Positions 30,355 to 32,000 of a stretch of 32,000 bases of DNA are shown here, piece by piece. Below the pieces are notes generated by a model that was not told the origin of the DNA, did not search any database, and saw only the letters and a program-made list of their open reading frames with translations. A program made the translations under genes and the position numbers. Position 1 is the first letter of the stretch; every line of letters begins with the position of its first letter. The stretch covers positions 300,001-332,000 of the forward strand of contig CAWJMG010000003.1 in the NCBI GenBank assembly GCA_963843975.1, read 5' to 3'. The DNA comes from an uncultured Actinomycetes bacterium. Lineage in GTDB: Bacteria; Actinomycetota; Actinomycetes; S36-B12; CAIYMF01.

Positions 30355-31106
30355 CAGAACTTGTACCCCGCCTTCACGAGCGCGGAGGCGAGGGACTTCG
30401 CGAAGGCCTCGGAGCTGAGGGTCGCGCTCGTGACCGTGGCGACCTTCGCGGTGTCGCCCGCGTTCATCGCCTCGACCAGCAGGGTGGGCAGCGCGATCTC
30501 GTTGTAGTACCGGGAGCTTCCGGTCTGGGTGTACTGCACCGCGGCGACATCGCTGACGTGACCGCCGTACACGGTGATCTGCACCTGCATCGGCTCGAGG
30601 CCGATGCCGCCGATGAAGTACTGCGCGACGTCGCCGGTGTAGGTGCCGTCGATCGGGCGGTAGTGCTTCGCGGTCCAGTAGGTCTTGTACTTCGAGAGCG
30701 TCGCGAGCATGGCGGAGTACGCGGCGTCCGAGGACCTCTTCGCAGCGTCGCGGGCAGCCCTGGTGCTGACGTAGGCCTTCTTGGCCGCAGCGATCTTCGT
30801 CGCCGAGTGCGTCGCCAGCGCCTTCTTGTACGCCGTGTACCGCGTCGCGGTGACCTTGACGAGGTAGAGGTAGCGCGCGTGCTTCGTGGCGTACGTCGCG
30901 CGGGCCGTCTTCACCGCGGATGTCGCCTCGACCTGCGCTTTGATCTCGACCGAGCGCTCGTAGTCGGACTGCCCGTAGTCGTTGTTGACCGCCTGGCCCG
31001 GCTCGGCGGCGGCGAACGCCGGAGCTGTGCCGAGCACAGCGGCGGAGCCCCCCGCGATGACGGTGGCTATCCCCGCGGACGTCATGACTCGACGGCCGAT
31101 ACCCAT
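30354..31106 (-). CDS. secreted FMN_bind-domain protein with a Tat-like signal and the same N-terminal helical module as the giant protein
   Basis: 'MGIGRRVMTSAGIATVIAGGSAAVLGTAPAFAAA' (RR + h-region + AxA). The helical module 'PGQAVNNDYGQSDYERSVEIKAQVEATSAVKTARATY...AKHY' aligns with 'PGQDVLNDWGQTADEVTAEITAAVDADPTVVAARQRY...ARHY' of the giant. C-terminal FMN_bind 'GGIGLEPMQVQITVYGGHVSDVAAV...VATVTSATLSSEAFAKSLASALVKAG' carries the variant motif TSAT instead of SGAT. Confidence 0.8.
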   Translation of the reverse strand: MGIGRRVMTSAGIATVIAGGSAAVLGTAPAFAAAEPGQAVNNDYGQSDYERSVEIKAQVEATSAVKTARATYATKHARYLYLVKVTATRYTAYKKALATHSATKIAAAKKAYVSTRAARDAAKRSSDAAYSAMLATLSKYKTYWTAKHYRPIDGTYTGDVAQYFIGGIGLEPMQVQITVYGGHVSDVAAVQYTQTGSSRYYNEIALPTLLVEAMNAGDTAKVATVTSATLSSEAFAKSLASALVKAGYKF

Positions 31107-31160
31107 GTCCGAACCCCTTGCGCCCCGTGCTGCCATCCCCGTGCTTGGCATATCGCCGGT

Positions 31161-31171
31161 CCGGAATCCGG
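31161..31171. promoter_or_regulatory. 11-bp palindrome CCGGAATCCGG in the divergent control region (site 1)
   Basis: Perfect 5-1-5 palindrome, 55-65 nt upstream of the ATG at 31106. A related palindrome lies 75 bp away. Confidence 0.35.
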
Positions 31172-31235
31172 TCTTGAGCGCTGATCGGTCAAGGTTCGTC
31201 CAAGGCCTGTGACGTGAGTTGCTCCGTCCCGGCTC

Positions 31236-31246
31236 TCGGAATCCGA
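31236..31246. promoter_or_regulatory. 11-bp palindrome TCGGAATCCGA in the divergent control region (site 2)
   Basis: Perfect 5-1-5 palindrome that shares the 9-bp core CGGAATCCG with site 1. Centre-to-centre spacing is 75 bp. Confidence 0.35.
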
Positions 31247-31443
31247 CCGACCGTGCGCAGCAGCGGTTAGGACGGCCGCGGTTCACCTGTTCGGCCCTGC
31301 CCGACCGAGGAGGTGGTCCCCTAGCGTCACTGTTTGACCCACGGCATCCACGCGAGTCGCTCTGGCTGCGCCCGGAAGTCGGGCATCGAACGCCGCCCGT
31401 CGGTACTCTCCCCACGAAGCATCGTGTCGTTCGGGGGATCGAG

Positions 31444-32000
31444 ATGACGACGGGGACTGCGCAGCTGCTGTTCGGCGCTGCACACCAGAAGCTCGGGGGC
31501 GTGACGCCCTTCCTCACCATGTGGCTCGTCGAGGGCCGTATGGCGCGCTGGCGCGTCGACGACGTCGGCGACGGTCCGCTCACCTGGGTGCCGCGCACTC
31601 CCGACCGCGTCGTGTCCGACGCCCTCGTGCTGCTGCTCGCGCTCACGACGACGCCGCGCGACCCGGTGCCCGTCGCGCTGACAGCGATGGCCGGCGGCCT
31701 CCCGTGGCGGCACGGCGACGTCGACCTCAGCACGTGGCGGCACTACGACGCGCAGCAGCTGGACGCGCTGGTCGCGGCCTCCGAGCCGGGCGGCAAGGTG
31801 GTGCTGTCGGTGCTGCCGGAGGCGAGCGTGCCCGAGACCAGCCTGGCGCCGCTCGAGCACCTCGACTGGGATGTCGACGTCCTCATGCCGCGGCTCACCC
31901 GGCGTCGCCGGGACCGCGATGTGCACCAGGCGCCGCCGCCGGGGCTGCCCGGCCCGGCACTGCCCAGAGAGCCTCAGGAGCCACGTCAGTCCCACCGGTC
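31444..32000 (+). CDS. hypothetical protein, 5' part (runs off the window end); not in the supplied ORF track
   Basis: The ATG at 31444 is preceded by GGGGGA 6 nt upstream. The frame is open to nt 32000 with very strong G/C at third positions (MTTGTAQLLFGAAHQKLGGVTPFLTMWLVEGRMARWRVDDVGDGPLTWVPRTPDRVV...). The listed antisense ORF 31327..31995 (-) is its shadow. No family recognised. Confidence 0.65.
   Translation, partial: MTTGTAQLLFGAAHQKLGGVTPFLTMWLVEGRMARWRVDDVGDGPLTWVPRTPDRVVSDALVLLLALTTTPRDPVPVALTAMAGGLPWRHGDVDLSTWRHYDAQQLDALVAASEPGGKVVLSVLPEASVPETSLAPLEHLDWDVDVLMPRLTRRRRDRDVHQAPPPGLPGPALPREPQEPRQSHR

Noticed and set aside
31107-31330. Possible FMN riboswitch in the leader of the flavoprotein cluster. 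The minus strand contains ATTCCGGACCGGCGATA, resembling the RFN core ATTCCCGACCGGCGGTA, and ATTCCGAGAGCCGGGACGG, resembling ATTCCAGAGCCGACGGT.
   Set aside because: The two look-alike blocks are in the wrong order relative to the RFN consensus. The other conserved RFN segments (GGGTGAAA, AGTCCGGATG) are missing. The first block is simply part of the CCGGAATCCGG palindrome. A covariance-model scan would settle it, and I expect no hit.
31327-31995. 222-aa minus-strand ORF at the right edge.
   Set aside because: It runs antisense to a plus-strand frame with far stronger GC3 bias and a proper RBS and ATG at 31444, so I treat it as a shadow ORF.
1-32000. Scan for tRNA, rRNA, CRISPR arrays, IS or transposase, integrase, and phage or defence-island genes.
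   Set aside because: I saw no cloverleaf-like or rRNA-like segments, no regularly spaced identical repeats with unique spacers, and no transposase or integrase signatures. The WYL-domain protein is paired with a DinB gene, not with defence genes.

Overview
Very GC-rich sequence with strong GC3 bias, typical of an actinobacterial chromosome. I found no rRNA, tRNA, CRISPR array, transposase or integrase. I support about 24 protein genes.

Layout, left to right:
- 1-531: 3' end of a hypothetical protein with an internal duplication.
- 619-8253, minus strand: a tightly coupled operon. It encodes an amino-acid-type ABC importer (permease, ATPase, lipoprotein SBP), an amidohydrolase, a PuuE-like polysaccharide deacetylase, an S9 oligopeptidase-B-like gene broken by two frameshifts, and a terminal TetR. 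An AT-rich palindrome sits at the operon promoter.
- 8390-10531: a divergent WYL/YafY regulator and DinB-family pair, then a small PPOX-like protein.
- 10829-15569: long-form pta with no adjacent ackA, a thermonuclease lipoprotein, and recQ.
- 15719-18691: a ~990-aa polytopic membrane protein whose alpha/beta-hydrolase motifs are split by about 13 TM helices.
- 18797-23506: a frameshifted ferredoxin-reductase-type flavoprotein, a GlcD-like FAD oxidase, an esterase lipoprotein and a DUF305 lipoprotein.
- 23569-31106, minus strand: the most interesting locus. It is a start/stop-coupled cluster encoding three extracytoplasmic FMN_bind-domain proteins, a NOX/ferric-reductase-type bis-heme FAD/NAD(P)H transmembrane oxidoreductase, and a signal-peptide-less ApbE flavin transferase. 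One FMN_bind protein is a 1175-aa chain of 11 FN3 domains ending in the FMN_bind domain. I read the cluster as a flavin-based trans-envelope electron-transfer system.

Other observations:
- a roughly 47-58-nt interspersed intergenic repeat family, at least 6 copies
- twin 56-nt hairpin elements between convergent genes
- a 3 x 15-bp tandem repeat carrying three in-frame TAGs
- a 125-bp duplication of the apbE 5' end that creates a coupled 42-codon leader ORF
- two probable leaderless promoters
- an open-ended plus-strand CDS at 31444-32000 that is missing from the ORF track

Most long Arg/Pro-rich ORFs in the track are GC-driven shadow frames.
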